Below, in pieces: positions 24,660 to 37,000 of a DNA stretch of 64,000 nt. The position numbers and the translations under genes were made by a program. Within the stretch, counting starts at the first letter, position 1. Each line of letters opens with the position of its first letter. The notes below the pieces were generated by a model. The model worked only from the letters and a program-made list of their open reading frames with translations, was not told the DNA's origin and searched no databases. Origin of the DNA: Takakia lepidozioides (Eukaryota > Plantae > Bryophyta); NCBI GenBank assembly GCA_030704615.1, contig CM060733.1, positions 18,786,001 through 18,850,000 on the forward strand. Direction: 5' to 3'.

Positions 24660-26560
24660 TTCTAGCAGGAAGGTGGATGCCCTTGTGACATCAATCAGGG
24701 GATTGAACCCACAACCATTTCCAAGGTGGTATGTGCCCATTACCATTGGACAACAACTTGGTTGTATATGCAAGGGACAATTAGCGGGAAGGGGTGAGCC
24801 AAACTATGGTGATCCGATATTTGTTTAGGGAGGAGACCAAGTGGGCTGCCTCAGCTTCAATATCAGGGCAGTTTTAGAGGTCACTAGGGTAGTGTGTGCC
24901 ATTGGCCCAAGTGTCAAGTGTCATCTAGCCCAAGTGCAATCTCCTATGTATGCAAGTGCGTCTCCTATGTCGAGGCCCAAGTGCGACCTGTAGGGTAGCC
25001 TCTGCTGTTGGCCCAAGGGTTCAATGTCATCTAAGTCCAAATGCATTTTTTTTTCCACAGAGCCTACGACCAGATTTGAACTGCAGACCTTTCCCTTGAT
25101 ATCTCTCTTCTTGAGGCTCCAACCATTGTCCAAGGAATTCCCACTTTGCTACTTTTCAGGAATTTCCAGCGACCCAAAGTATTTCAAATTCTACATCTCC
25201 CACACCGCAGGTCCAAAAATCATGAGACCAAGCCCGTGCACCCCTCCTCATCGAGGGTTTTCCAATGGTACCAAGGTTGGGGCCTCGCGCTTGGGGACAT
25301 CTCAAATCTACAAAACAAAACAAACGTCTCGCTTCATATATTGATAGGAGATGCTATAATCCCCAACTTGAAGGCTTTGCACTATAGTGTCACAAATGCA
25401 TGTTTTTTGAGTTGATGCAATGTCTGCATCTGCTCATAGACCTTATGTTCAAGTGGCATGATAAAGTATCTGTAGCATGATTCACTAATTTTTCATGAAC
25501 TTCAACATCGCCACCCGCACCTCATGTACGCGACACACAAATTCGCACAGATTCTATTGATTTGGTGGAGGTTTAGTGATCCAACTACGGTGAAAAAGAA
25601 TGTCAGACGTGCTCAAATAGGTGAAATTTCTGATCCGATTGCGCTATTTTTCGACAAATTATGTTCTCATGATATGTCATAACCAATGTTGAACCGGTAT
25701 ATGTATTTTTAAATACCAGACTGGTCCTGGTACGAAGGATCCCATCCCTTACGCATACTAGGCTAGTAAGGGTATGGGGGCAAGTATGACCTGGTAGAGT
25801 ATCAAATGGTATATATGAAGCGAGACATTTGTTTTGTTTTGTTTTGTTTTGTTTGTTTTGTTTGTAGCATCGTTGAGATCTCCCAAACCGTGGGGCCCCA
25901 GCCCGGCTTGGTGCCGTTGGAAAGCTCTCAATGAGGAGGGGTGCACCGGCTTGGTCTCATAATTTTTGGACCTATAGTGTGGGAGATGTGGAATTCCAAG
26001 TACTTTTGGTCGCCGGAAATTCGTGAAAGATAGCAAAGTGGGCTTTCCTGGAGCAATGATTGGCCATTCATGTGGGCGATTTGGCATTTCAAGTACTTTT
26101 GATCGCTGGAAATTCACGAAAAATTGCAAAATGGATATATCAATATATGAAGCTCGACAGGGAGATTGCAAAAATAGCATAGTGGGCTTTGGGATTACAC
26201 TTGGACTTAGGTGACATTGGACACTAGAGGTCGCACATGGATACATAGGAGATTGCACTTGGGCTTAGATTTCAATTCTTCACACATGGGCCAATGGCAC
26301 AGGCTGCTACCCTAGATCTCCCAAACAATCTCTGGATACATAGGGGATTGCACTTGGACATAGATGACACTGGACACTTGGGCCAACGGCACAGGCTACC
26401 CTAGTCAATATGATAAGATGACTTATAAAAATGGATGGTATATGAGTATGGTATTGGTATGTAATGGGCACATATAACCACGTTGGATGTGGTTGTGGGT
26501 TCAAACCACGGTCTGGTGTGTCATGAAGGAGCTGTCGACCCCAAAACCGAGGGAACAAGT
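24660..26560. repeat. Imperfect ~1.9 kb inverted-repeat (foldback) structure made of three mirrored repeat modules
   Basis: 24700-24750 is the reverse complement of 26460-26510; 24885-24960 of 26230-26405; 25150-25340 of 25810-26030. Confidence 0.75.
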
Positions 26561-26821
26561 GGGCCTATAGTCGTGGACGCGAACTCCACTGCAAGGATGC
26601 AGTGTCTGTTCAATCGGATCGAAGACAGACATACTCCATGACGACAATGTGGCACGAAAATGCGATGAAAAAGTTTTCGGATGAATGTATGTGGGATGAA
26701 CGTAAACGGGAATGGATGAACACTGGATGATTATAGGATGAAAAATTGCCCAGACGAGTAAACCATGGATGACTGCAACAACATGTATCATCAGGGATGA
26801 GCATGCGCAGGAAAGAAGGCA

Positions 26822-27336
26822 TTAAGCTATCGTCAACGACAGCTTAACTCGCAACCCATCTCAGCACATGTCAGCCCAAGAAAAAACCATTGGGGGGGGG
26901 GGGGGGTTTCATTTTTGTGTAGGGAAGCAAGCCTAAAGGTGCCCTCAACAGTAGCTCAATTCCGAACATGGGCACATGACATTTCAACTCAGGGAGCACA
27001 TGCATTACCGGTAAGTGAGTGTGTGGAGGGGCTACAGATTAAGGTGTCGTCAACAACATCTTAATTCCCAGCCCTGTGCCAACCTGAGAATTGAACCCAA
27101 CAGGGAAAAAAAAACAATCCCCGAAAATTGACAAATTAGATGTTATTGAAGAGGGAACACATGCCTTAGCGGTAAGCATGTGTGTGCAGTGGTTGGGGAT
27201 TAAGGTATCATCAACGATACCTTAATTTATGCCCTGTCCGAACATGAGAATTAAACCCAACAGACCATATATATATATACCCCCCCCCCCCCCCCCCCCA
27301 ATGTATCAGATTAAGGTGTCGTCAACAACATCTTAA
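26822..27336. repeat. Degenerate tandem repeat (~110-220 bp spacing) carrying four 26-bp palindromes, consensus TTAAGGTGTCGTCAACGACACCTTAA
   Basis: Copies at 26822, 27039, 27200 and 27311. Intervening segments are also duplicated (27071 vs 27231; 26990 vs 27152). Confidence 0.8.
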
Positions 27337-28279
27337 TCTGGTTGGTCTTCTGGTGTGCTATTTGGGATGAATGGCATCGACAAATTGCTCGGAGTACATA
27401 ACTTTGTTATGTCCTTCTTCCAGGTGACCAGAAGTTTGCTCATTGGTGTACGATCGTTGACCCCAGGATGATCGTTGACCCCAGGACGCATCGTTTTCAT
27501 ATTCATCTTTGGTGCACTCGTTTGGCATGCGGACTATTTGCGAAGTTTGCTCATTGGTGTATGAATGCAGGAGTCTCAGGACACCACGGTTTCTACTTTT
27601 CTTTGCCAACCCGGATTTTTTCCCAAGTCCTCCAACAAATTTTTATTTGCCATCTTATGCGGAGGCTGCGACTACGGAATATAGTCTACAAGCATCTCCC
27701 CCTTCTGTGCTTCACAACAGACATAGTTTTCTGAAGAGCGGGGCTAGCGTCTTTGTAGACAGTTCTGCCTTCGTTTTGAACAGTAGCTCCTGTAGCAGTG
27801 GATCTTCTTTGTCGGAATGAATCACATGTTTTGGAACGTTTATTTATGAAGCACCAGTTCACCTCTCTGCCTTCTTTCCAATTAGGTAAGAGCCTCACTA
27901 TCAACCATCCATACCCCTCCTCAATCAATTCAGCAATGTGGATTCATTGTTGCCAACATACTTTAGAATACACTGCACTAAGGCGTGAGCAGAACCGGTG
28001 AGCAGATTCCCTGATGCGTGAGCGGATTGAAAGCGTGAGCAGATTACTGAGTATAAGATAACAGTATTAGACGGATGCCTTAGAGGCAAATTGAGGAAGT
28101 CATTGTGTCAAACCTCAATGAACATGAGTCTACATAGGAAAGAAGCAAATGAAAAAGAGATAAAGGGCTGAGCTACATCTGCTTCGAAAGAGCTACATCT
28201 ACTTCTTGCTGATTCAGCTATCGAATAAGAATCGCACTTTGGACCTTCCTAGTTTCCTAAAAGATCTGCGGTGCCTCTA

Positions 28280-29220
28280 GTTACCTCGGGCTCCTCGCCC
28301 TCCAAAAGGGACATTTAGTACTAAGAGAGCTGCCAGCTTGCTGGGATGCTGTCACACCATTGTATCCTGGTATCCGACTGTCTAGAGCAGATTTGAGCCC
28401 ATGAGCTATCAAATTTAGCAGGCAGTTGAGATCGCCTCCTTTGATCACATTTGCGAATTGATAACCCCAACACCCGCCAAGCCTTACGAGCCTCAGACAT
28501 GATGTTTGAGTGAGTCTTGAACAATATCGACCTAAGACAAATCGGTTTTCCAACAAATATTATAGCACATCTAGCTTTCCAAATATTCCAAAGAATGTGA
28601 GCTCTGAGAGCAGCCCAGATAGGGTTAGAAGACCACAGAGTCAATCCACTAGCATAATTGAGAAGAATAATGGAGGGGCAGACAACAGACAAGAGTTTCT
28701 AGAAGGCATAGAAAAGCCTTGTCCTAGGAAACTCTGGTTGTCGGACAGCTGATATAGCAATGTTCGATGGTGTCAGCAGCAAGCAGGTTGCAGGAAATAC
28801 ATGAGGAGGAAGGACATGCAAGATTGCCTTGCACCGGCACGACCCGATTAACCAACTTCCAGAGGAAACCTTGAACTTTTGCAGCCCTATCTTTTCTCCA
28901 TACGTCCCCCCAAATAGGGGATTCAGTAACTCATTTAGAAGATTTATAGGAATTGGCCCTTGCCAAAATATTTCTTTTGTAAATTCTGTGAGCAATTTAA
29001 CATTTGGATATTATAGCTCCTACAACAAGTTTTTGAAAGACGTATGCATGATAGTTCTAAACTCTTATATGAAGACTAGCCTTGTTGAATTCAAGCATAC
29101 CGTAGAATATATAAACCCATTATCGATCACAGGGGAATACAATAGCATGAATTCTCTTGAGGGGTAGTTCCTGCTAACTTAGTAGATGGCATTTGCAAAG
29201 AAAGTTGAGGGTTTACACTT
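28280..29220 (-). mobile_element. Degenerate L1-type LINE ORF2 3' fragment (zf-RVT region)
   Basis: Frameshifted AAKVQGFLWKLVNRVVPV...CISCNLLADTIEHCYISC and PIWAALRAHILWNIWKARC; paralogous to 44295-44687. Confidence 0.8.
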
Positions 29221-29308
29221 AACACATATTGCCTCTAATGAAGAGGCAAAGAGACGAATTCCATGAGGACGGGGCACTGAAAAAAACGTTACTTAATAAG
29301 GAGTCAAA

Positions 29309-30080
29309 CACTATAGGAAAAGGGGGGCCTTTGCGACGCCCGCGCCACGCCGCGGCGTCGGGAAAACGCCCTTTTCGGGCACGCGGCAAGCGCAGAATTT
29401 GCGACGCCCGGCCGTCGCCCTGCAGTCGCAAGGGCGTCGCCAAAATGACGTCGCAAAAATGCGACGTATGGGGGTCGCGAGCCCCCGCCCCAACTCCCGC
29501 GACTGCTGGACGTCGGTTTTTCAGGCCGTCCACGCCGATGGCAGGGGCCTCTTCGAACGACGTCTCGCCGTCACGGCCCTCCAGCCGACGGCATTGGTGG
29601 GGGCGCCGGCGTGGCGTTGCATCCCCTTTTTTTTCTAACCTGCCCGGGAGTCCCATCCTAAAACCCAAAAACACGTGGCGTAAGCCGGGTGGTACGCCAA
29701 GCAACTATTGGGCGTGGCAAAAAACAGCAGGAGCAGGAATCGGTCTCCGCCACGCCCGGGCGTAGGTTGTTGCGACGCTCCGGCGTCGCTTTTGTTTTAA
29801 ATTTAATCAAAAAAAAAAACATGGCGCAGGCAGGGTGGCGGTCTCCGCGACGCCAGGGCGTCGTGGCTTGCGACCCCGGACATTAAAGTCAGTTCTTCGC
29901 GATGATGGAGCCAGAAAGAAGACATAACAAAATCCATTGGGAAGTACGACTTACAAATCGCAAGATAAAACCCTTGGATCCGCCGGCGCCCCACTTGTGT
30001 GTGGATTCGTGCTTGTCAAGGCGGACTGTTGTTGCTTCGCGTGCCCGGTCAAATTTGGCCTTGTTTGCAGCATTCATATA
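29309..30080 (-). mobile_element. CACTA (En/Spm) transposon terminus with GC-rich subterminal repeats and a possible TnpA-like fragment
   Basis: Starts CACTATAGGAAAA at 29309, followed by many GCGACGCC/GGCGTCGC motifs in both orientations. ORF 29889-30077 has NKAK...HKWGAGG, resembling the H-x-x-G-x-G-G motif of Ptta/En/Spm proteins. Second TIR not found. Confidence 0.6.
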
Positions 30081-30082
30081 TA

Positions 30083-30680
30083 GAATTAATCTGGGTTTTC
30101 CAGATATCCTCTAGAAATCCCTTCACACAAGCATCAAACTAATGTGTGTGATTTGCCCAATAACTAGGCCTCAGGAAGGCCTGGGCTTCTGGCTCAGCCT
30201 TGAGACTTTCAAAGTTGGTAAACAGAGGTACAGGCACAATTCCCTTGATAGATTTGAAGAGAGCGTCTCTTTGGTGAGAGAACCCCGGACAGTGTATCAA
30301 AAAATGAGTATTGTCTTCAGATTGCCCACACAACGGGCAATTGCACTCTCCCTTTCCTCTCTGCTTTTGTTTGTTGTTCAAAGGTAGGCTTCCTGCCCTG
30401 AGTTTAAATTTCAGTCTAGTGCCGAGAGTGGGTAGACCCTTGAGGTCATCCAAGATGTCCTCCCCCATGTCACTGACTGGAAACAAGTTCAGGGAAGTTT
30501 TTTGCCTAACTTCATTTTCATCAGACAATCTCATGGCAACAGACATGGCTTTGGACACTATAGCCTCTAAGTCAGATTTATCAACCCATATTGCAGATCC
30601 GTACTCCAAGGCAGGTCTAATAATGCGACAAAGCATGGTTTTCTTAACCTCAGAGTTGACCCCTCTGCAGAAAAAGTTAA
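30083..30680 (-). mobile_element. RTE/RTEX-like non-LTR retrotransposon C-terminal fragment, internally deleted
   Basis: IIRPALEYGSAIW (RT thumb motif) is fused directly to a C-terminal region with CPLCGQSEDNTHFLIHC. Near-identical inverted copy at 41110-41610. Confidence 0.75.
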
Positions 30681-33359
30681 AAAGAGAGAGGGAGAGGGAA
30701 GATATTCACGTCATGTCAAGACATGGACAGGTCCCATAAGGGTCATTGTCAATTAAAGACATAAACAGCCCTGGATAGGGCACTATCTCACATTTCCAGT
30801 CTTGTCAAATCATCCCAAAAGACACCACCCAATCATCCAAGACAAAACAGGGTGGGAGGGCGGGGTTTGTTCTTGTGTGGGACAAGATAAGATATTGCTA
30901 TCCCTGTGCATGTTGCAAGGCCTCTTGGTTCAGCCTGTACATATACCAGCAGCTTACCAATTCAGCCATTAATTATAGCAGGTCATGCATCAGCCAAGGC
31001 ATAAGGACCAGCCTGCAGTTTGTCAGAATCTCAGCATGCCACCAAGTAGTCCAACTTGAGCCAGATGAAGTAGATTCCATATCATTTGTATTCACCCCGA
31101 GACATGTGATCATACAAGGTATCAAGGGAATGTGAATGCAGCCTGTCAGATTGCAGGTTCAAGTCTTGTACCGACAAGCAACATGAACAGCCGAGATCCA
31201 TACTCTTTAGTATAAAAAACAGACTGCAGGTCATAGGCCTGATGTCATGACAAATCCAAAACAATAGGTAGGATTCCATTGCTGTTTACCATCCTCATCC
31301 TTCGAGAGTTCCACGCTAAGACATGCAAAGAACACCTTACTATGATCCAGTACACATCAGAAGTAGGCCTGACAAGGAGCAGGGCAGTACCCTACCAGGC
31401 TGCCACCTTAAACTTCAAGGCCATCAGATCCATAGTTACCCAAAACCGCCAAAAACATACCACCAAAAACCAGATCCTCTTTGGCCAAAAAAACTTACAA
31501 CCTATCTTAGTAATCCACAGGCTTTGTTGTCAAAGATTAAAAGGTAGGGTATGGTTTGTATGCAAGCCTCAGGAAACAAGCCCGTCAGGCCGAGCTGCGC
31601 ATCGGCGGCAGAACGACAAAGGCCAGAACGCAGGTTGTAGCATATCAAGTCAGGGGCAGTTGGGTTGAAATCGGGGCTGAAGTCAGCACCCACCTCACAG
31701 CGCGCAAACCCCTAGGTCTCATCAGCCCATATCCCAATCTGCATGCTCAAGAAACTTCAAAGTAGGTGAGGATCCTCACCTGGTCCCATCACAAGCCCCC
31801 ACAAAAACCAACAGGTTAGTGAGGATTGTGGAACCCCAGGTGAATCACAGACCCTCACACTTGTCATCGATGTCAACTAAGAAACTCAAAAGCAAGAGAA
31901 AGAGATAAGAACGTGAGAATCCCTAAACTCCAAAGGCACCTTAAGCGATTGGGGAAGAGGGTTATGCGCCATCACCACCCGTAGCAACACTAGAAGAGAA
32001 ACCGGCTTTTTCCATGGCTTTTTCCACACTTTTTGCTGTGGAATCAGCCGCAGTCCACACCTGCCAAAGGAACGACTAGTGCTTTCGGACACCCCGTGGA
32101 CGGCCTGGCTCTCGGGTGGCCCTGTGGAAAAGTCCACGGGAGGCTTTTTCCATGGGTGGGCTTTTTTCACGGGGTGCATGGTGACATGGCCGATGGCATA
32201 GCTGACATGGCAGAGTGTGAAAAAAGGCCAGTGTGGCATGTTTCACGGCAGATTTCACACCTTGAACAAGCCACTATGCGACACGTGTCATATTTCACAC
32301 CTTCGACAAGTCACTATGCAACACGTGTTCGTTCCTGTGTGGTGGTACACATTAATTAATTATTATTTGCTTTCCAATATTAAGTTTGAATATTAATGGA
32401 TTTAATTTATTGTTATTATTATTATTATTATAGGAAAAATGGACAGTGGCTTGGATGAGAATATTATTAAATAACAAAATATTGAAATTATGTTTTTAGA
32501 AATTATATTTATTCGCACAGATACCAAAACACACCCTTTGCAGGGAAGGAGAGTTTGCCTTAGTGTCTATGCTGAGTTGCGTCTCCTACTCTCTGTAATC
32601 TAATAGACATTCACCTTTTTCCCTCGGTTGTCCCACCCTTGATTGCGGTCAGAAAAGCATTCATTCCACAGCTTCTCCTCATCTCTGTTACATGCTTCTG
32701 GATACTTTCCTATTGTCACTTTGGTAGTATTATGTCAAAATCACTCCAAACTATGTACCATCTACCTAGGCAGGTTTCTTGTAGCTAACCCTCCACAGGG
32801 AATCATAAGTAATCTGGAGCTTGAAATCTGGCCCTCTTGGATGACACTCTATCCCTGCTCCTTCAGCTATCCATGCCTCTGCACAGATCATGCATACATC
32901 CTTGCATTGCTGTTAGCAGCTGACAATGGCAGCCTAGATTTGTTCTAGCAAACACCCAACTCATCTTATCACACCAAGTTCCTATTCTCAATTGCATCTA
33001 CCACTCTGTAATCCAAAGGCATTTACCTTCCAAGACGGTTGTCCCAACATTGACTGGGGTCAGAAAAGTATTCATTCCATAGCTTCTCCTCTCTGTTACC
33101 TATTTCTGGATACTTTCCTATTGTCACTTTGGCAGTATCATGTCAAAGTCACTCCAAACTATCAAAGGTTCACTCAACCAGCTAACTTGCAGAATTCTTA
33201 AAACATGAAAATTTAGGGCGATTCTGATAAGAGGGGAAAACAGAGTGAAATGGGTTGAAGAAGGTGCCTTGAATAGCATTGCCTGATTTTATCAATTGTG
33301 CCGCTGCTGCTGCGGCTTCCAGTTGACCATCTACCCATGCACGTTTCTTGGAGCTATTT

Positions 33360-33960
33360 TTTCCACGGGGAATCACCCCTTCCCGCATCATTGCTCATAG
33401 GTCTCCAAAGCCTCCATCTGCGCCCTTGCTGTGCATATCCTGCAATCATTGCACTCCACGACACCACATCTCATTCAGCCATACTGTCAAACACTTTCTT
33501 TGCATCCTCGATGCACCCACATTTGGCATACATGCAGTCCACCAGGGCAGTGTTCAGAATGACATTGGGTACAATTCCAGATTTGACGATGTCACCATGG
33601 ACCTCTTTGCCTTTTTCTAGAGCTCCCAGGCTTGCACATGCATTACAAACAAATGTGATGTGGTTGGGCTTCACCCCTTCGCGCAGCAGTTGCTCATAGG
33701 TCTCCAAATCATTCCTACCACACCCATGTTAAATCCTGCCAACATTATATTCAACGTGATCAAAGTTCGTTGAGGAATTCCGTTGAACACTCGGTGTGCA
33801 TTCATGATGCTCCTGCACTTAACATACATGTTCACAAGGGGGTTGAGGAGAAAAACACTTGGTGTGAATCCACTTTGGATAATGTGACTGAAATGCTCCT
33901 TGGTTTAAAGGGTGTAGAGCCTCTTTCAGTCTGCCTGCCTCACAAAGCATCTTCACATGC
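33360..33960 (-). pseudogene. Degenerate 5' part of a PLS-class PPR gene
   Basis: VKMLCEAGRLKEAL first-motif-like segment, then frameshifted S/P/L motifs (KPNHITFVCNACASLGALEKGKEVHG, LVDCMYAKCGCIEDAKKVFDSM). Indels and stops are present; no E/DYW domain is recognisable. Confidence 0.8.
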
Positions 33961-34047
33961 CCAAAAGAGCAAGAAGAGGCATTATGGACTCCCTCTCTTG
34001 ATCCTCTTTTAGAAGCTGTGGTATGGTTGAGGTGCCTGATTTAAATT

Positions 34048-37000
34048 AGGGCTGCCAGGCCTGCAATGCACACAAACATGATGTGGCCGAGCTGAACCCC
34101 TTCCCCCATCATTTGCTCATAGGTCTCCAAAGCCTCCATCCCACGTCCCTGCTGTGCATACCCTGCAAGCATCGCACTCCACGACACCACATCTCGTTCA
34201 GCCATAGTGTTGAACACTCCCTTTGCATCCTCGATGCACCCACATTTTGCATACATGTCCACTAGGGTATTGTTCAAAATGACATTTGGTACAATTTCAG
34301 CTCTGAAGGTGTCACCATGGACCTCCTTCCCCTTTTCCAGAGCTGCCAGAGCAGTGTTTCAAATGACATTAGGTACAATTCCAGCTTTGATGATATCCCC
34401 ATGCACCTCTTTGCCCTTCTCCAGGGCTGCCAGGCCTGCAATGCATACAAACATGATGTGGCCGGGCTGAACCCCTTCCCCCATCATTTGCTCATAGGTC
34501 TCCAAAGCCTCCATCCCACATCCCTGCTGTGCATACCCTGCAAGCATCGCACTCCATGACACCACATCTCGTTCAGCCATAGTGTTGAACACTCCATTTG
34601 CATCCCCGATGCACCCACATTTTGCCTACATGTCCACTAGGGTATTGTTCAAAATGACATTTGGTACAATTCCAGCTCTGAAGGTGTCACCATGGACCGC
34701 CTTCCCCTTTTCCAGAACTGCCAGGGCAGTGTTTCGAATGACATTAGGTACAATTCCAGCTTTGATGATATCCCCATGCACCTCTTTGCCCTTCTCCAGG
34801 GCTGCCAGGCCTGCAATGCATACAAACATGATGTGGCCGGGCTGAACCCCTTCCCCCATCATTTGCTCATAGGTCTCCAAAGCCTCCATCCCACGTCCCT
34901 GCTGTGCATACCCTGCAAGCATCGCACTCCACGACACCACATCTCGTTCAGCCATAGTGTTGAACACTCCATTTGCATCCCCGATGCACCCACATTTTGC
35001 CTACTAGGGTATTGTTCACAATGACATTTGGTACAATTCCAGCTCTGAAGGTGTCACCATGGACCTCCTTCCCTTTTTCCAGAGGTGCTAGGGCAGTGTT
35101 TCGAATGACATTAGGTACAATTCCAGCTTTGATGATATCCCCATGCACCTCTTTGCCCTTCTCCAGGGCTGCCAGGCCTACAATGCATACAAACATGATG
35201 TGGCCGGGCTGGACTCCTTCCTTCTTCAGTTGCTTATAGGTCTCCAAAGCCCCCATCCCACGTCCATGCTGTGCATACCCTGTAAGCATCGCAGTCCACG
35301 ACACCACATCTCGTTGAGCCATAGTGTTGAACACTCCCTTTGCATCCCCGATGCACCCACATTTTGCATACATGTCCACTAGGATATTGTTCAGAATGAC
35401 ATTTGGTACAATTCCAGCTCTGAAGATGACACCACGGACCTCCTTCCCCTTTTCCAGAGCTGCCAAGGCAGTGTTTCGAATGACATTAGGTACAATTCCA
35501 GCTTTGATGATATCCCCATGCACCTCTTTACCCTTCTCCAGGGCTGCCAGGCCTACAATGCATACAAACATGATGTGGCTGGGATGGACCCTTCCCCCAT
35601 CATTTGTTCATAGGTCTCCAAAGCCTCCATCCCACGTCCCTGTTGTGCATACCCTCCAAGCATCGCACTCCACGACACCACATCTCGTTCAATCATAGTG
35701 TGGAACACTCCCTTTGTATCCCCGATGCACCCACATTTTGCCTACATGTCCACTAGGGTATTGTTCAAAATGACATTTGCTACAATTCCAGCTCTGAAGG
35801 TGTCACCATGGACCTCCTTCTCTTTTTCTAGAGCTGCCAGGGCAGTGTTTCGAATGACATTAGGTACAATTCCAGCTTTGATGATATCCCCATGCACCTC
35901 TTTGCCCTTCTCCAGGGCTGCCAGTCCTGCAATGCATACAAACATGATGTGGCCGGGCTGGACTCCTTCCTTCTTCAGTTGCTCATAGGTCTCCAAAGCC
36001 TCCATCCCACGTCCCTGCTGTGCATACCCTGCAAGCATCACACTCCACGACACCACATCTCGTTGAGCCATAGTGTTGAACACTCCCTTTGCATCCCCGA
36101 TGCACCCACATTTTGCATACATGTCCACTAGGATATTGTTCAGAATGACATTTGGTACAATTCCAGCTCTGAAGATGACACCACGGACCTCCTTCCCCTT
36201 TTCCAGAGCTGCCAGGGCAGTGTTTCGAATGACATTAGGTACAATTCCAGCTTTGATGATATCCCCATGCACCTCTTTACCCTTCTCCAGGGCTGCCAGG
36301 CCTACAATGCATACAAACATGATGTGGCTGGGATGGACCCCTTCCCCCATCATTTGCTCATAGGTCTCCAAAGCCTCCATCCCACCTCCCTGCTGTGCAT
36401 ACCCTCCAAGCATCGCACTCCACGACACCACATCTCGTTCAGCCATAGTGTTGAACACTCCCTTTGTATCCCCGATGCACCCACATTTTGCCTACATGTC
36501 CACTAGGGTATTGTTCAAAATGACATTTGGTACAATTCCAGCTCTGAAGGTGTCACCATGGACCTCCTTCTCTTTTTCCAGAGCTGCCAGGGCAGTGTTT
36601 CGAATGACATTAGGTACAATTCCAGCTTTGATGATATCCCCATGCACCTCTTTGCCCTTCTCCAGGGCTGCCAAGCCTGTTATGCATACAAACATGATGT
36701 GGCCGGGTTGGACCCCTTCCCCCATCAGTTGCTCATAGGTCTCCAAAGCCTCCATCCCATGTCCCTGCTGTGCATACCCTTCAAGCATCACACTCCACGA
36801 CACCACATCTCGTTCAGCCATAGTGTTGAACACTCCCTTTGCATCCTCGATGCACCCACATTTTGCATACACGTCCACCAGGGTATTGTTCAAAATGACA
36901 TTTGGTACAATTCCAGCTCTGAAGGTGTCACCATGGACCTCCTTCCCTTTTTCCAGAGCTGCCAGGGCAGTGTTTCGAATGACATTAGGTACAATTCCAA

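Noticed and set aside
26822-27336. CRISPR-like array of palindromic repeats
   Set aside because: Spacers are irregular and are themselves duplicated; eukaryotic context; no cas genes.
29219-29765. GC-rich 161-178 aa ORFs on both strands
   Set aside because: Stop-poor subterminal repeat DNA with no recognisable domain.
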